DNA from: Bdellovibrionota bacterium
GTDB taxonomy: Bacteria; Bdellovibrionota_C; UBA2361; OMII01
Assembly (NCBI GenBank): GCA_044345405.1
Contig: JBIJBE010000006.1
Location: 32,001-96,000 of the forward strand
Direction of reading: 5' to 3'
DNA: 64,000 bases
Both the position numbers and the translations under genes were made by a program. Below the pieces are notes generated by a model. The model saw nothing but the letters and a program-made list of their open reading frames with translations. It did not search any database and had not been told where the DNA came from. This document shows, piece after piece, positions 19,916 through 28,795 of the stretch; position 1 is the first letter of the stretch; every line of letters starts with the position of its first letter.

Positions 19916-21220
19916 ATGGCAACCCCACAGTCATTTGATAAGGGGGCCGAACTTGATACCCTCCATCGGTCTGCTACCAACTCTGATGCTACCCATATGA
20001 GCCGACTTGCTTCTCCCCCCATCACTTCCCTTGCGACACTGAGTTTCGACGAGCGCGTCGGCAATGCCCTGCAATCACACATTCAAGAGGGAGATCCTCT
20101 CGGCGGTCGGTACCCTCGTGGTGCGTCCTACCTGCTTCCAAAGTCGGGCGATGGCGGAGAGACGCAAGATTATGGTCGGCAAGGTCACGAAGGGGGAAAG
20201 CACGTTGAAAATGTTTTAAGAGCGGCTGAACTTGGGGAGCATTGCTACGCCTTTTCTGATGGCATGCGCGCAATCGCCGCGGCTACAACGGCAGCAACTA
20301 AGCTGGCAGGAGGTGATCGACCAACCGTGTTGCTTCACCGTTCTGTATATGGAGGAACGCATCGTTTCTTTTCCGAAGAACATCAAGAGAAACACATCTC
20401 GTTAGAAAGCATCGACCTTACCGACCCAAACGTTGGTGAAGAGATTCGTCGCAGAAAGCCAACACTAATCGTCGGCGAACCGGTCACAAATCCCTTGCTT
20501 GATGTAGTGGACCTCAAACCAGCTATGGAAGCCGCCCGAGACATCGGCGCGACCATGATCCTCGACAACACCCTCACAACTGGACGCGCATGTATTCCCC
20601 TGCAAATCGCGAGGGAGGTTGGCTTCGACAAACTTTTGAATGTACTGAGCCTCACCAAAGCCTACACAGCGGGCACGCTGAGCGGCGCGGTTCTCACCGA
20701 TAATCCAGATCTAGCTAAGCTGCTCTTCGAGGATCGTCGCCGAAAGGGCGGCGCACTTCCGGCAGACAGCGCTGCCTCTGTTATCGACGGATTCAAGTCC
20801 ATGGACGTCCGTTTAGAAAGAATGACGCAAACAACGATGGTGGTTCTGGAACACCTTTCAAATAACCCTGTGGATGGTGTCGAGATATTGCATCCATTTG
20901 TGGCGAAAGGGAGGCAACGTGAACTCGCGAATCGTTACCTTGTTGGCTGCCCAGCCGTATTCACTCTCAGGTGTCATCTACCCGAGGAACGTTATCAGAA
21001 CCTACTTGAAGCACTCTCCGGCGTTTTTCTCAGAGCCAATAGTTTCAACGGGCATTATCCGATGATGAGCGAGTCCTCAACTCAATCTCATGCGAGCGTG
21101 AAGGATGCTCAAGCTAAGAAGGATGCGGGCGTGGAAGCAGGTATCATTCGCCTATCAGGGGGATCGGTCTTCGCTCCACAGACGATACTTAACAAGGTAA
21201 AGAGCATCTTCCGGGCTTAG
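19916..21220 (+). CDS. Divergent PLP-dependent Cys/Met metabolism enzyme (cystathionine gamma-lyase/synthase family)
   Basis: FSDGMRAI, YGGT, EPVTNPLL, LDNT, SLTK (PLP lysine) and IRLS; ATG at 19916 with GAGG upstream. Confidence 0.75.
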   Translation: MATPQSFDKGAELDTLHRSATNSDATHMSRLASPPITSLATLSFDERVGNALQSHIQEGDPLGGRYPRGASYLLPKSGDGGETQDYGRQGHEGGKHVENVLRAAELGEHCYAFSDGMRAIAAATTAATKLAGGDRPTVLLHRSVYGGTHRFFSEEHQEKHISLESIDLTDPNVGEEIRRRKPTLIVGEPVTNPLLDVVDLKPAMEAARDIGATMILDNTLTTGRACIPLQIAREVGFDKLLNVLSLTKAYTAGTLSGAVLTDNPDLAKLLFEDRRRKGGALPADSAASVIDGFKSMDVRLERMTQTTMVVLEHLSNNPVDGVEILHPFVAKGRQRELANRYLVGCPAVFTLRCHLPEERYQNLLEALSGVFLRANSFNGHYPMMSESSTQSHASVKDAQAKKDAGVEAGIIRLSGGSVFAPQTILNKVKSIFRA

Positions 21221-21341
21221 TAGGGTAGGTTAGAACAGGGAGAGACGGTGTAAACACAGAACCTCACTGCATTCCCCTATAAAAGCACCCATTCCGCCCC
21301 CATCCCTTCAGCCCCCGCGTTGTTCCGCCGACGGACGTCTC

Positions 21342-22448
21342 ATGGAACAGGTACATGCCCCGTCTCGGATCGACGAATCACCTCACGCCGAAGCCCCTCA
21401 ACAGGTAGAGCAGTGCGCCTTCACGGGCACCGGTGATGGATACGCCAAAGTTTTCTTCGCGAACCTTGCGCTTAATTTGATCACGTTTGGGTTCTACAGT
21501 CCGTGGGCGAAGGTGCGGCGACTGAAATACTTTCATCACAATACGGTGCTCGCTGGGTCATCCTTTGAATACACAGCCAACCCGTGGTCGATCTGTAAGG
21601 GACGACTCATCGTGCTGGGATTGTTTATTGTCTTTTCCGCGCTCTCCGCGGTTCCGGTTTTGAATATCGTGATGTATGTAGCGTTCCTGTGCGTCGTTCC
21701 ACGATTGATCCTGCAAACGTATCGATTTCGAGCTCGTTACTCTGAGTATCGAGGCTTGAAATTTCACTTTAATGGAACCACCTGGGATGTGTTCCTGTAC
21801 TCGATGCTCTATAGATTTTTGGCGATTATCCCCCTTGGGCTTCTCGTTCCGACAGCCCGAGCCGCGGAGCGACGCTACGTTATGAGCCAACTCCAATTCG
21901 GCACGGCACGGTTCACAGGGAGAACCACCGCTCGGGATTTTTGGGGCGTGTACCTAACCACGGCGGGCGTGGGCCTCCTGGTCACCCTGCCGGTTATCGC
22001 GCTTATCGCCTTCCGGGCTTTTGTCGCTATCTTTTTTTACGCGCCACCCGATCAGGGTGACACCAGCGCCCTCGGCACCTTCATGCCCGCCTTGATTACA
22101 GTCGCTATGAACATCGTGGTTGTTTTGTCGATAGCGCCTCTTTTTCATGCTCTGGTTGGGAGAGCGACGTGGAACGGCGCTACCGTGGGTGATGCCACTA
22201 TTGCCTACGCCCCGAGGGTGAGCTCCCTTCTCAAGCTCGGTGCTCTTAACGCCGTGCTGATCATCTGCACTCTCGGCCTCGCGTATCCATGGTGCGTCGT
22301 TCGCCTTCTTCAGTACAAGATGTCGTGCCTCTCCATAGCAAGCACGGAGGGGGTCCAAAGTTTCGTCGGAACCCAGCAGGTGGAGGTGCAGGCGCTTGGG
22401 GATCAGGCCGCGGAGGTTTTGAACATGGACCTTGATTTTGGATTCTAG
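21342..22448 (+). CDS. YjgN/DUF898 family membrane protein
   Basis: FTGTG...NLITFGFYSPWAKVRRLKYF and the repeated TLGLAYPW motif. Confidence 0.9.
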   Translation: MEQVHAPSRIDESPHAEAPQQVEQCAFTGTGDGYAKVFFANLALNLITFGFYSPWAKVRRLKYFHHNTVLAGSSFEYTANPWSICKGRLIVLGLFIVFSALSAVPVLNIVMYVAFLCVVPRLILQTYRFRARYSEYRGLKFHFNGTTWDVFLYSMLYRFLAIIPLGLLVPTARAAERRYVMSQLQFGTARFTGRTTARDFWGVYLTTAGVGLLVTLPVIALIAFRAFVAIFFYAPPDQGDTSALGTFMPALITVAMNIVVVLSIAPLFHALVGRATWNGATVGDATIAYAPRVSSLLKLGALNAVLIICTLGLAYPWCVVRLLQYKMSCLSIASTEGVQSFVGTQQVEVQALGDQAAEVLNMDLDFGF

Positions 22449-22451
22449 GGA

Positions 22452-23516
22452 ATGGCATCACACAAGGTAACCGGGTCTCTGTTTGATGGATTAAGCGCCA
22501 AACCCGAGAGCGTATCGGTAGAGATACACGAGCCTTCCGGCGACATGACGATCTGGCGGGCGAGCGGAGAGCGCAACGAGGCAACTCGGGGAGACCTCTC
22601 CTTTGAACTCTTCGATGATAGTCCCCTTATACCAATCACGGTGCGATCGATCGGTCGAATCGAACTCCCAAACACCCTTGAGACGCGAGAGGCGCTCGGA
22701 AAACATCTCTCGCTGAGCGGGAAGATCCCGGCATGGATGGAGCGATGCGCGTATCGGGCCATCGTGGGAATGGCGGGCGCGCTCGCTATCATCACGCTCT
22801 TTGTGATCTACGCGCCTCCCCTGGTTATTCCACTCATGCGCCCGCTCGTGACCCAGGGAATTCAATCAGCGATCGCAGACCAATCATTCGCCGTTCTGGA
22901 TCGGATTATCTTACAACCTTCCTCCCTAGACGAATCAAAGCAACGCGCGGTGGCCGATGACGCTCTAAGATTACAGGAGCGGTTCTTTCCGGAGCGGCCA
23001 ATCAAGGTTCTCTTTCGACAGGTGCGTAATCGGCCAACCATGATGAACGCCGCGGCTCTCATTCCAAACAATATGATCATTATCGACGCTATCGTGACCG
23101 GGCTTACGCATGATGAACTGAAGGCGGTACTGCTCCACGAGCTTGGTCATCTCAAATTTAATCACGGCGTCGATGCGTTGCTGAGGGCGTCGTTCCTCGG
23201 AGTCACCTCACTCATGATCCTCGGTGGCGATCCAGGAACGATGCATGGTATCGCCATCTCCCTTTTGCACGCGCAGTACTCCCAGGCAAACGAAATGCAG
23301 GCTGATCACTTCGCGGCTGAAAGCCTCAAGGCTATGGGGCTCGATCCGATGCTCTTGGCGTCGGCGCTGGATAAACTCGAACAAGCCGCGGAGAACTCAT
23401 CCTCTGACGGCGACAAGGACGCCTCGGATTATTTCGCCTCCCATCCTCGAACGTCTGAACGCAAAGCGGCACTCACAGCGTTTACGAGTGAACATCCGAA
23501 TGAGAGGGAGCCTTAA
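22452..23516 (+). CDS. M48 family metallopeptidase (usual partner of YjgN)
   Basis: NAAALIP, HELGH, YSQANEMQAD and ASHP. Confidence 0.88.
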   Translation: MASHKVTGSLFDGLSAKPESVSVEIHEPSGDMTIWRASGERNEATRGDLSFELFDDSPLIPITVRSIGRIELPNTLETREALGKHLSLSGKIPAWMERCAYRAIVGMAGALAIITLFVIYAPPLVIPLMRPLVTQGIQSAIADQSFAVLDRIILQPSSLDESKQRAVADDALRLQERFFPERPIKVLFRQVRNRPTMMNAAALIPNNMIIIDAIVTGLTHDELKAVLLHELGHLKFNHGVDALLRASFLGVTSLMILGGDPGTMHGIAISLLHAQYSQANEMQADHFAAESLKAMGLDPMLLASALDKLEQAAENSSSDGDKDASDYFASHPRTSERKAALTAFTSEHPNEREP

Positions 23517-23536
23517 CACGCTTCTCTCGAAAATAG

Positions 23537-23573
23537 GGAAGCCCCGGGCGCGAACCCGAGGCTTCCAGTTTTT
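23537..23573 (+). terminator. Intrinsic terminator between convergent genes
   Basis: GGAAGCCCCGGG-cgcgaa-CCCGAGGCTTCC-AGTTTTT. Confidence 0.7.
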
Positions 23574-23608
23574 ATCGCCACCACGGCGCTGTAACGAGCG
23601 AAACCCTT

Positions 23609-24007
23609 CTACGCTTGGATTCCTACGTCGTTAAAGAATGTTCCTATCAACGACCGCAGAATAAAGGATCCCACGGCGACGACGAGGAGGCTTAACGATG
23701 CCTTGTACTGACCGAAGGCGGCAGACATGATCGCGCCAACTCCAGCGGCTGCCATGATCAACGCTCCAAACGCCCCCTCGAGGTAGGTCATAATCGCATT
23801 GACCGCGGCATCGATCCTCTCGGCGTTGTACTGAATAGCCGCCCCGGAGCTGACTTGCGCCATGGCGTCATCCACTACGCCGGCAACAACAATTGCCGTA
23901 CCCACCGCGAAAAGCGCGAATGAGAACACCGACTCAGCCCGAGGGCCTCCAAACACCGAGCGTCCACGAACGCTCGGCACACACGTATCCGTTGTGTCGT
24001 TCTTCAT
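23609..24007 (-). CDS. TrbC/VirB2/IcmD-like pilin-type membrane protein
   Basis: Long signal-like N-terminus ending AMA-Q, then two Gly/Ala-rich hydrophobic helices. Confidence 0.55.
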   Translation of the reverse strand: MKNDTTDTCVPSVRGRSVFGGPRAESVFSFALFAVGTAIVVAGVVDDAMAQVSSGAAIQYNAERIDAAVNAIMTYLEGAFGALIMAAAGVGAIMSAAFGQYKASLSLLVVAVGSFILRSLIGTFFNDVGIQA

Positions 24008-24369
24008 ACCGTATCCTTTTTATTTTTATGGTTAGTAACATTGCTTCAATGTAACGACGTGGATTCCACGTCCCAGTTTCATAAAGGTTGTGTGCGGGAA
24101 GACGAGCGCCGTTTCCTATCGTGACGATCCTTGTTTTACAGGAAGACAGGTTGCGCCTTGCGCGCCATCTCGATCATCGATTCGGCACGATCGTACGCGA
24201 GTCAGATGGAACCAACGTGAAGAGAATCGTTGATTCCTTAGATGATGTGATGCGGCGCGGTCGCTCGTCGCTGTTCGTTGAAGCGATTCCGTTCGTGGGG
24301 TCGGCTCTTAGAGGCGGAAAAGATAAGAACACGTTTCGTTAGAAAAACCTTGGGCACATCTAAAATCGC

Positions 24370-24397
24370 TCAAGGCAGAGAGAAAGGTCGCCGATAC
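24370..24397 (+). promoter_or_regulatory. Candidate sigma28 (FliA) promoter
   Basis: TCAAG-N15-GCCGATAC upstream of the EF-hand gene. Confidence 0.5.
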
Positions 24398-24477
24398 ACC
24401 CTCTGCGGGGGTTTATGACCGCACCCGCATTCACGGTGGATGTTTGCAAACCATCCCGGACGCAAAAGGAGTTGCGT

Positions 24478-24930
24478 ATGAGCGTACGAGGACTTAGTGG
24501 ATATACCCTTTCATGGGTTCAACAACGTGGCGGGGCCCAACCCCAGAAAGCCACCTTCTCCGAGGACAAAGCTCGGAAATCATCAAACGAAGCTCGCATA
24601 ATCGAACAGGAAGGCTCTCAGGAGTTCTCAAAAGATGAACTCAAAAAGATGAGGGAGTTCATGGTCGGGATTGGGGAGCGGGTCGACTCCATAGATGGAG
24701 CCATCAATAACTTCGAGCGGATAGACACCAAGCGAAAGGGGGCGATCACCGCCGAGCAGGTGAAGGCATTCGAAAGCGCCTCAGCGGAAGGGGTCGTGCC
24801 TGCGCAACCTCTTATGCTCGACCCAAACGACGCTACCGCCCCAATGGCAAAGGCCCCGATGGAGAGCTACCTCAATAAATACACCGCCAAGACCCAACAG
24901 AAGACCTCGACATTCGAGCGAAGCGAGTAG
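24478..24930 (+). CDS. Small EF-hand-like protein
   Basis: FERIDTKRKGAITAEQV EF-loop-like motif; AAGGAG RBS before the ATG at 24478. Confidence 0.6.
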   Translation: MSVRGLSGYTLSWVQQRGGAQPQKATFSEDKARKSSNEARIIEQEGSQEFSKDELKKMREFMVGIGERVDSIDGAINNFERIDTKRKGAITAEQVKAFESASAEGVVPAQPLMLDPNDATAPMAKAPMESYLNKYTAKTQQKTSTFERSE

Positions 24931-25308
24931 CGCGTCCCATGCGGGTCTGAGTGTCCCACTCCCTGACAGACGTCCACGCTTTCGGGGGCCTGATTCCAGG
25001 CTAGAGCCCGGTATTCCCTTACAAAAGTAAGCGCTCAACCCTCAAGCTTAAAAAATCGCTTTATGGATAGGTAATTATCCTGCTATACTTATCGTATCTG
25101 GTGAATTTGTAGGAGGCGTCACGGTCCACCACAGCGAAAACATCAATCGCACCCCTCGACAACAAGCACTCTTCTGCGCGCTAAAATCCCCTCTTCGCAG
25201 TCATCCTCTCAACTCGAACCGTCACATTCTCAACACGATTGGGTATCATTTTATCGTTCCTATAGTTAATCTACGTGTCTATTTGCCTAATGGAGGATCC
25301 CGCGAACT

Positions 25309-25695
25309 ATGAGAAAAAACCTCGCTGTAGTCGAAGCTACCAAAGATGAGTCTTTGGCCGTATCCAAGCAGATCGTACAGGCCTGTGAAGAAGTAAAGGC
25401 AACCGAGGTCGTAGTTCTTGATGTCGCGTCCGTGTCAGACTTCGCGGACTATTTCATCGTGGCGAGTGGGCGTTCCGATCGTCAGGTTCAGGGAATCACC
25501 AATAGGGTGATCGAAGAATTAGCCAAGGTCGGAGTTCGACCTCTCTCAGTAGAGGGATATGAGGATGGTCAATGGGTCCTCATCGACTGCGGCGATGTCG
25601 TCGCGCACGTATTCTACGAGCCGGTTCGCTCGGAGTACGACCTTGAGAGCTTGTGGATGCGGGCTCGTAAGCTTGATCTCGTTAAGGCGGCCTAA
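25309..25695 (+). CDS. rsfS: Ribosome silencing factor RsfS
   Basis: DYFIVASGRSDRQV, WVLIDCGDVVAHVF and YDLESLW. Confidence 0.95.
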   Translation: MRKNLAVVEATKDESLAVSKQIVQACEEVKATEVVVLDVASVSDFADYFIVASGRSDRQVQGITNRVIEELAKVGVRPLSVEGYEDGQWVLIDCGDVVAHVFYEPVRSEYDLESLWMRARKLDLVKAA

Positions 25696-25742
25696 GGGCG
25701 ACGAAAACAAACTCTGCCGCACTCTCAAAGATGTCTTGCAAA

Positions 25743-25820
25743 GCGATGACGATCACGTCGACGTGGGACGTCCTAGGTAAACCGTCGACGGCTCACGGTG
25801 TACGTTTTGCGGTCGACGTC
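25743..25820 (+). repeat. Dispersed GTCGAC-core palindromic element, copy 1
   Basis: Core ggtaaaccgtcgacgg...cgtttt shared with 28717-28745 (inverted) and 51643-51671. Confidence 0.65.
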
Positions 25821-26077
25821 AGTCATCATAGTGCATCCCTTTGTACACTGCGGATCGCAAGAGGTTCTGGGCAAGGGCAAGGGAGCCAGGAGGCTAAATA
25901 CCGTTCTATTTCAACACCCTGTAGTACGACTCAAACCGATGAGCTCTCATACCGGTAATAAAGGTCATGGCCCTTCTCGTGGTTTTTAGTCACCTAAAAA
26001 GGCCTAAGCCTTGTTCTGCCTAGCTCATCATGTCACGATCGAGGCCCGGTTAATTGTATACGTACGCAGAAGGAACC

Positions 26078-26968
26078 ATGTACCACGGAGATGTTGAGAA
26101 TAAGAACGAGCCATTCAGCTTCATGAATATCGTCAAGCAGGGAGTGTTCTGGTCTGTACACCTCGCCTGCCTTGCGGTCATCTGGGTTGGTTGGAGCTGG
26201 ACCGCGGTAACGGTATGTCTCGCCCTCTACGTGATACGTATGTTCGCGATTACGGGCGTTTATCATCGCTACTTCTCGCACCGGTCGTACGACACAAGCA
26301 GGGTGTTTCAATTTCTCTTGGCGTTACTTGGAACCACAGCGGCTCAGAAGGGACCGATCTGGTGGGCCTCGCACCACCGCCATCACCACCGTCACTCAGA
26401 CACCGAAGAAGATATTCACTCACCGATCGTTCACGGTATCTACTTCTCGCATATCGGTTGGGTGTTGAGCTCTCAGTTCCTTGAGCCCCGCCTCGACCTC
26501 GTCAAGGATCTCACGAAATACAAAGAGCTCACCATTCTTGAGAAGTACAATGTGATTCCGGTGGTCCTTCTCGCGGTGTGCACATTCTTCCTTGGAGTGT
26601 ATCTCCAGAGCGCGCATCCCGAGCTTGGAACAAACGGTTGGCAGATGCTCGTATGGGGCTTCTTCATCAGCACCGTGCTGCTCTACCACGGCACGTTCTG
26701 CATCAACTCATTTACTCACCTGATTGGAAAGCGGCGATTCCCTTCCACCGACCACAGCCGCAACCACTGGTTCTTGGCCCTGATAACTCTCGGCGAAGGA
26801 TGGCACAACAATCACCACTACTATCCTGGTTCAGAGCGCCAGGGCTTCTACTGGTGGGAGATCGATGTCTCGCACTACATCTTAAAGGTGCTCTCATGGT
26901 TCGGCTTGGTATGGAATCTTCGCGTTCCTCCACAGCGTGTCTATGAGGCCGCTGGAAAGCTTTCGTAG
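26078..26968 (+). CDS. Acyl-CoA/acyl-lipid delta-9 desaturase
   Basis: His boxes HRYFSH, HRHHHRH and GEGWHNNHH, plus WWEID. Confidence 0.93.
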   Translation: MYHGDVENKNEPFSFMNIVKQGVFWSVHLACLAVIWVGWSWTAVTVCLALYVIRMFAITGVYHRYFSHRSYDTSRVFQFLLALLGTTAAQKGPIWWASHHRHHHRHSDTEEDIHSPIVHGIYFSHIGWVLSSQFLEPRLDLVKDLTKYKELTILEKYNVIPVVLLAVCTFFLGVYLQSAHPELGTNGWQMLVWGFFISTVLLYHGTFCINSFTHLIGKRRFPSTDHSRNHWFLALITLGEGWHNNHHYYPGSERQGFYWWEIDVSHYILKVLSWFGLVWNLRVPPQRVYEAAGKLS

Positions 26969-27029
26969 TTTGTTTTCACTATGAGGCGAGTCATCGCGGC
27001 ATCTCGCGTCCCGCGGTACCTTCACACTC

Positions 27030-27261
27030 ATAAGAACGTAGGGAAGGCCGTTACACAGCTCACCCTGAGTAATGGACGATTAGATTGCTCCTTCGCTTGT
27101 CGAGGGAGATTGGTTCCCCAGTTGGTTTAATCACTAGATTGAGCCGTTCAGTAGAGGGACTAAGCCGGGAATGCCTACGATACTGCTGAGGTAGTAGGTA
27201 CCGGTGATCTAATGAACTCTGCGCTCGGAACCCGACTATAACTGGTAGTCGGGTTTTTTTT
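27030..27261 (+). ncRNA. Unclassified structured RNA, copy 1, with intrinsic terminator
   Basis: Closing stem gaacgtaggg/ctctgcgctc encloses several helices; terminator aacccgacta...tagtcgggtt+T run. Differences from copy 2 mostly preserve pairing. Confidence 0.7.
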
Positions 27262-27399
27262 ACCTCCATGCCGGACACATGAGCCAACGTGACCGACGAT
27301 GAAGCGCACAAGCTATAGGTCGCTGGGTAAATTTCGTAAATTGTTTTCAACCTAATCCCAATCATCGCGGCATCTCGCGTCCCGCGGTACCTTCACAAT

Positions 27400-27630
27400 C
27401 ACAGAACGCAGGGAAGGCTGTTACTCAGCTCACCCTGAGTAATGGACGATTAGGTTGCTCCTTCGTTTACCGAGGGAGATTGGTTCCCCAGTTGGTCTAG
27501 CCTAAAAATTAGATCGTTCAGTAGAGGAACTAAGCCGGGGATGCCTGCGATACTACTGAGGTAGTAGGTACCGGTGGTCTAATGAACTCTGCGCTCGGAA
27601 CCCGACTATAACTGGTAGTCGGGTTTTTTT
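27400..27630 (+). ncRNA. Unclassified structured RNA, copy 2, with intrinsic terminator
   Basis: Near-identical repeat offset by about 370 bp; the terminator ends 27 nt before the AI-2E start codon. Confidence 0.7.
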
Positions 27631-27657
27631 ACCTCCATGCCGGACACATGAGGAGCC

Positions 27658-28722
27658 GTGACCGACGATGAAGCGCACAAGCTATCAATTCGGGAACCGT
27701 ACCTTCCGTACAGTCAGTCACTAGCGCTAGGACTCACCACTCTGTGGTTTATCTATCTCTGCGCCTCGATCGTTAAGCCGTTTTTTTCGGTGCTCGCATG
27801 GTCACTCGCGCTCGCGGTAGCTTCCTATCCCGTCTCATCGTGGCTTAAACAACGAATTCGCAGTCGTTCGCTCGCCTCATTTCTCGCGCTTACCCTCGCG
27901 ACAGTTGTTATCTTTGTTCCGACGCTATGGGTATTGCGGATCCTTATTAACGCCGCGGCTGAGAATATCACGAGCGTCATTCAACAGTCCGGCCTGCGTG
28001 TATGGCTCGATCCTACGACGGCCCCTCCCCGCCTCGCCCCGCTCATGGTGTGGCTTGAGCAATCGCTCCATCTCCAACAGCTCGTCACTGATTTCGTGGC
28101 ATCGGTGGGGCAGCGGTTACCTCAACTTATTACGATGTCGCTGATCGGACTTGTTCAGGTTTTGTTGATACTCTTCACCACATTTTTCTTTATGAGAGAC
28201 GGAGAGCTCTTCTTCTCTTACCTCAAATGGGGAGTCCCGCTCCCTGAACAACAAACGGAGAAGGCGGTGTTTAGGGTGCTCGATACGGTACACGCCTGTC
28301 TCTTTGGGGTTGTCCTGATGGCGGTGCTCCAGGGGGCGCTCGGGAGCGCGATCTTTTGGTGGCTGAGGCTCCCTCAACCGGCGCTGTGGGGGATCGTGAT
28401 GGGGCTGCTAGCCATAGTGCCGTACCTAGGCGCGTTTGTGATCTGGATTCCCACCGCTTTCGTCCTCGCTCTGCATGGAAGATGGAGCGACGCGGTTGTG
28501 CTGGTGATATGGGGAACGATCGTCATAGGACTCGCGGACAACTTTCTCTATCCCGTTCTTGTCGGGAAGCGACTTCACTACCACACCCTTCTCATTTTTC
28601 TCTTCATATTGGGAGGTGTGTTTGTATTCGGGAGCGCGGGGATCGTGGTGGGGCCGATCGTTCTAAGCGCGACCCACAGTCTGATCGCGTTGTGGAACGA
28701 TGGGGAAATCCGTCGACGGTAA
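27658..28722 (+). CDS. AI-2E (UPF0118/PerM) family transporter
   Basis: FFFMRDG, LQG, IVPYLGAFVIWIP, DNFLYP and GIVVGP; GTG start after AGGAG. Confidence 0.92.
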   Translation: MTDDEAHKLSIREPYLPYSQSLALGLTTLWFIYLCASIVKPFFSVLAWSLALAVASYPVSSWLKQRIRSRSLASFLALTLATVVIFVPTLWVLRILINAAAENITSVIQQSGLRVWLDPTTAPPRLAPLMVWLEQSLHLQQLVTDFVASVGQRLPQLITMSLIGLVQVLLILFTTFFFMRDGELFFSYLKWGVPLPEQQTEKAVFRVLDTVHACLFGVVLMAVLQGALGSAIFWWLRLPQPALWGIVMGLLAIVPYLGAFVIWIPTAFVLALHGRWSDAVVLVIWGTIVIGLADNFLYPVLVGKRLHYHTLLIFLFILGGVFVFGSAGIVVGPIVLSATHSLIALWNDGEIRRR

Positions 28723-28788
28723 AACGAAAACCGTCGACGGTTACCGTCAGACGTCCTACGCCGGACGTCTACGTCATCGTTTCGCCCT
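28711..28788 (-). repeat. Dispersed GTCGAC-core palindromic element, copy 2 (overlaps the AI-2E stop codon)
   Basis: Reverse complement contains ggtaaccgtcgacggttttcgttttaccg. Confidence 0.65.
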
Positions 28789-28795
28789 CCGTGCC

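Noticed and set aside
19783-24007. Integrative island at tRNA-Thr
   Set aside because: No integrase, and I saw no duplicated tRNA 3' end (attR) in the window.
27009-27022. T-box-like GGTACCGCG on the minus strand, and a SAM-I-like GAGGGAC within the duplicated RNA
   Set aside because: Only short partial matches. The rest of each consensus is missing, and the terminator polarity indicates the plus strand.
27171-27194. Leader peptide or type I toxin (MPTILLR / MPAILLR) in the duplicated RNA
   Set aside because: Only 7 codons, no well-placed RBS, and the changes are equally explained by base pairing. Not excluded, but unsupported.
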